DNA of 43,220 nt from an uncultured Candidatus Saccharibacteria bacterium (lineage in GTDB: Bacteria > Patescibacteriota > Minisyncoccia > Phycocordibacterales > CAYZPE01), in assembly GCA_964626625.1 (NCBI GenBank), contig CAZVFV010000001.1:1-43220 (forward strand). Direction: 5' to 3'. Shown piece after piece: positions 40,647 to 43,220 of the stretch (within the stretch, counting starts at the first letter, position 1; every line of letters begins with the position of its first letter). The translations under genes and the position numbers were made by a program. The notes under the pieces are model-generated. The model saw nothing but the letters and a program-made list of their open reading frames with translations, did no database searches and had not been told where the DNA came from.

Positions 40647-42887
40647 CTACCTCACTGTCCACCCCTTCTTCTCAACCTCCCCTACTATTTGCTCCATTAC
40701 CTTGTTTATCTCTTCATCTGAAAGAGTTTTATCTTGAGACTGAAATACAAGTCTGAATGCATACGAAGTTTTTCCATCTTTTTCAAAGACATCAAATAAT
40801 GATATCTTCACAAGTAATTTCCCTGCATGTATTCGTATAAGCTTTTCTGTCTCCTTATCAGTTACCTCTTTTGGTACCCACAGAGCAATATCTCGTAGTA
40901 TAAACGGATAAACTGATATGTTTGTATATGTTTTCTTTTTTTGATTCAACTCCATACCATGCTCGCTAGCATCTCGAAGTTTTTCTATAATTTCTTCTAA
41001 ATTACATTCTATAGTCGAATCCTTTGTCATAAGATCAATACTCAATTCTTTTCTTAATATATTTAAAACATCCTGCAGAGTGTCTACCTCCCCCTCCTTC
41101 TTCCAACCCTTAGTATTTTTAACCGATATACATAAAGACACGTGTTCTTCACCATCTTTAGTAAACACTGTTCCAATTTCAAAAACTTTAATCTGGTTTA
41201 GACCCAAAAGTGGTGCATTGTATTCATTGAGTTTATGACTCTCTAAAACACCACGAGTTAAATTTTCCCGTACATATTTTTTATCTAAAGCGATAGGGTT
41301 TGCTATTTCCACCTTCCCTTCATTTCTAAATGAATATGTTTTTATTTCTGAGAATCCTTGTTTAGAAAGAAGATCTGTAATACGAAGTATGTAGTAGAAA
41401 AGTTTATTTACTTTTGGACTTACATTACTTTCTGGAAGTGCAACAGGAGCGACGTTATCGTATCCATGAATACGCCCAACTTCTTCGATAATGTTTTCTT
41501 TTAGATTTAGGTCGAGACGTCTGTATGGTGGAATTACCTTAAGCACATCTTTCTCGATACATACCTCACACTCAAGTGCTGTAAGAATCTTTTGTGCAGA
41601 AGTTAAAGAAATATGTATTCCAAGAACCCTTTTTATATCTTCTTGTCTAAGAGATATTTCCTTTTTTATGTGTGGCGATGGATATGTATCGCTCAAACCT
41701 TCATCTTTAGCTCCTGCAAGCTCCTCTAAAAGAGAAACTGCTCTCATAAGCCCTTCATGAACAAGCTCTGGAGATAATTCCTTTTCGAAACGAACACTTG
41801 ATTCAGTTCGAAGTTTTAAAGCCTGTGAAGTAAGTCTAGTTTGTACAGGATCGAAATTTGCAGACTCGAGCAGTATATCTGTTGTTTTCTCTGTAATAGA
41901 ACTTGCTTTACCACCTTTTATTCCGCCAATACCTAGAACCACATTAGTTTGCTTGTCTGTAATAAGAAGTGCAGAAGAAGGTAATTTATACTCAACATCA
42001 TCAAGGCCTATAAATTGCTCTCCTTCTGTGGCACCTCTTACATGCACATGACGCACACCTTCTTTTTCAAAAATATGAGAAAGGTCAAAAGCATGCAGTG
42101 GCTGTCCCATGTCCTGCATAACAAAATTTGTTATATCAACAACATTATTTATTGGTTTTTGACCAATTGATAGCAATCTCTCTTTAAGCCATTTTGGACT
42201 TTGACCAACCTTAACATTACGTAGAATTACAGCGCTGTATCGTGGAACAAGTTTTGGATTTTCAATTGATATTTGGAGTGTAGAACTCTTTTGCAGTTCT
42301 TTAGCTTGAACTTTTTTATTTAAAGGAATATCTAATATGGCACCGACTTCTCGAGCAATACCCTCATGAGAAAGACAGTCATGTGCTCTGTCTGGTAAAA
42401 CTTTAATATCAAAAATAGAATCTGTTTCTATATGTAAAAATTCCTTAAGTGGAGTTCCGACTTTAACTTCTTTTTCTATCACCCAAATCCCTTCGGCTTC
42501 TTTAGTAAAACCAAGCTCTTTTTCGGAACAAATCATTCCATTTGATTCAACACCTCGAATCTTTGAAACTTTAATCTCAAAATTACCTGGCAAAACTGCA
42601 CCCGGAAGCGCTACCGCAACAGTTTGTCCCTCTGCAACATTTACCGCTCCACAGACAATCTCTCGTCCCCCATCGCCAACATCCACTGTACAAATATGTA
42701 AACGATCAGCATTTGGATGTTTTTCTTTTTTGAGAACTTTACCAATAACAACATTATTAAAATGCCCACCCACTTCTTCGAGGCTCTCAATTTCAAATGC
42801 ATGAAAAGTAATCTTCTCTGCAATTAAAGCCGGAGAAGGCAATTTACTTTCGAAATAATCTTGAAGCCACTTATAGGAAATTTTCAT
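40647..42887 (-). CDS. pheT: Phenylalanine--tRNA ligase beta subunit
   Basis: 746 aa with MKISYKWLQDY, a tRNA-binding OB domain (HPNADRL), and B3/4, B5 and FDX-ACB-like C-terminal regions. Confidence 0.95.
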   Translation of the reverse strand: MKISYKWLQDYFESKLPSPALIAEKITFHAFEIESLEEVGGHFNNVVIGKVLKKEKHPNADRLHICTVDVGDGGREIVCGAVNVAEGQTVAVALPGAVLPGNFEIKVSKIRGVESNGMICSEKELGFTKEAEGIWVIEKEVKVGTPLKEFLHIETDSIFDIKVLPDRAHDCLSHEGIAREVGAILDIPLNKKVQAKELQKSSTLQISIENPKLVPRYSAVILRNVKVGQSPKWLKERLLSIGQKPINNVVDITNFVMQDMGQPLHAFDLSHIFEKEGVRHVHVRGATEGEQFIGLDDVEYKLPSSALLITDKQTNVVLGIGGIKGGKASSITEKTTDILLESANFDPVQTRLTSQALKLRTESSVRFEKELSPELVHEGLMRAVSLLEELAGAKDEGLSDTYPSPHIKKEISLRQEDIKRVLGIHISLTSAQKILTALECEVCIEKDVLKVIPPYRRLDLNLKENIIEEVGRIHGYDNVAPVALPESNVSPKVNKLFYYILRITDLLSKQGFSEIKTYSFRNEGKVEIANPIALDKKYVRENLTRGVLESHKLNEYNAPLLGLNQIKVFEIGTVFTKDGEEHVSLCISVKNTKGWKKEGEVDTLQDVLNILRKELSIDLMTKDSTIECNLEEIIEKLRDASEHGMELNQKKKTYTNISVYPFILRDIALWVPKEVTDKETEKLIRIHAGKLLVKISLFDVFEKDGKTSYAFRLVFQSQDKTLSDEEINKVMEQIVGEVEKKGWTVR

Positions 42888-43144
42888 CCCGTTAGAGATA
42901 GGAAACGCTTAATTCTGTTCTTAATAAAACGTTTTCCCATACCAGATTTTAAATATAATTCTCTCGACCGAGCATCGCCTTCATTAAGACATGCTTCATA
43001 GTAAATAAGTGTAAACGGTCCACGCTCTTTTGTATATGGAGACTTTCCATTATTATGTTGCCACAAGCGTTTCCGTAAGTTACTTGAGTATCCAGTATAG
43101 AATCCACTCGTCTTTTTACTTTTGATTATGTATGTGTAATGCAT
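42884..43144 (-). CDS. GIY-YIG nuclease superfamily protein (single-domain, 86 aa)
   Basis: YIIKSKKTSGFYTGYSSNLRKRLWQHN matches the GIY...YxG...R...H/N core. Its TGA stop overlaps the pheT ATG (ATGA). Confidence 0.85.
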   Translation of the reverse strand: MHYTYIIKSKKTSGFYTGYSSNLRKRLWQHNNGKSPYTKERGPFTLIYYEACLNEGDARSRELYLKSGMGKRFIKNRIKRFLSLTG

Positions 43145-43167
43145 AACTAAGGATCTCTAACGGGATC
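42884..43167 (-). mobile_element. GIY-YIG ORF cassette bounded by 14-bp perfect inverted repeats, inserted at the pheS-pheT junction
   Basis: The arms are atcccgttagagat (42886-42899) and atctctaacgggat (43153-43166). ATGA lies directly outside both ends on the coding (minus) strand. The ORF fills the space between the arms. Confidence 0.6.
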
Positions 43168-43170
43168 ATA

Positions 43171-43220
43171 TTAAAACTGATTTACAAGCCTCAGATCTCC
43201 GTTATACAGCATGCGCACAT
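43171..43220 (-). CDS. pheS: Phenylalanine--tRNA ligase alpha subunit, C-terminal fragment
   Basis: The reverse-strand frame reads VRMLYNGDLRLVNQF-stop, which matches the conserved PheS C-terminus (D[IV]R..Y.NDLRFL.QF). It runs off the window edge. Confidence 0.8.
   Translation of the reverse strand, partial: VRMLYNGDLRLVNQF

Overview
This is a low-GC, gene-dense bacterial window made almost entirely of housekeeping genes. The genes are short and tightly packed, and core genes lack Shine-Dalgarno sequences, which resembles a reduced CPR/Parcubacteria-like genome (inference only). No rRNA, tRNA or CRISPR array was found. Core genes, in window order: eno (partial), truB, hisS, uppP, a ZIP transporter, a DsbA-like protein, a UvrD-type helicase fused to a nuclease, the apparent minus-strand operon rpoB-rpoC-dnaG-rpoD plus a second sigma factor, rpsP-KH-trmD, rnr, a short SMC, rnc, a NusB-NUDIX fusion, rpmF, rnhB, dnaE, thrS, gyrB, pheT and pheS (partial). 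The unusual content lies between the genes. (1) A GIY-YIG nuclease ORF is bracketed by perfect 14-bp inverted repeats and inserted exactly at the pheS-pheT junction with ATGA on both flanks; an ORF-less miniature copy sits at the trmD start and a solo hairpin copy in a GC-rich island. (2) A roughly 70-nt structured motif occurs twice, once in a roughly 400-nt rpoB leader. (3) A stand-alone sRNA-like transcription unit lies between pheT and gyrB. (4) Several small, GC-richer orphan genes carry strong SD sites, unlike the core genes. (5) Phased AGCTTNN heptamer arrays recur next to terminators. All functional calls rest on motif recognition by eye and no searches were run.
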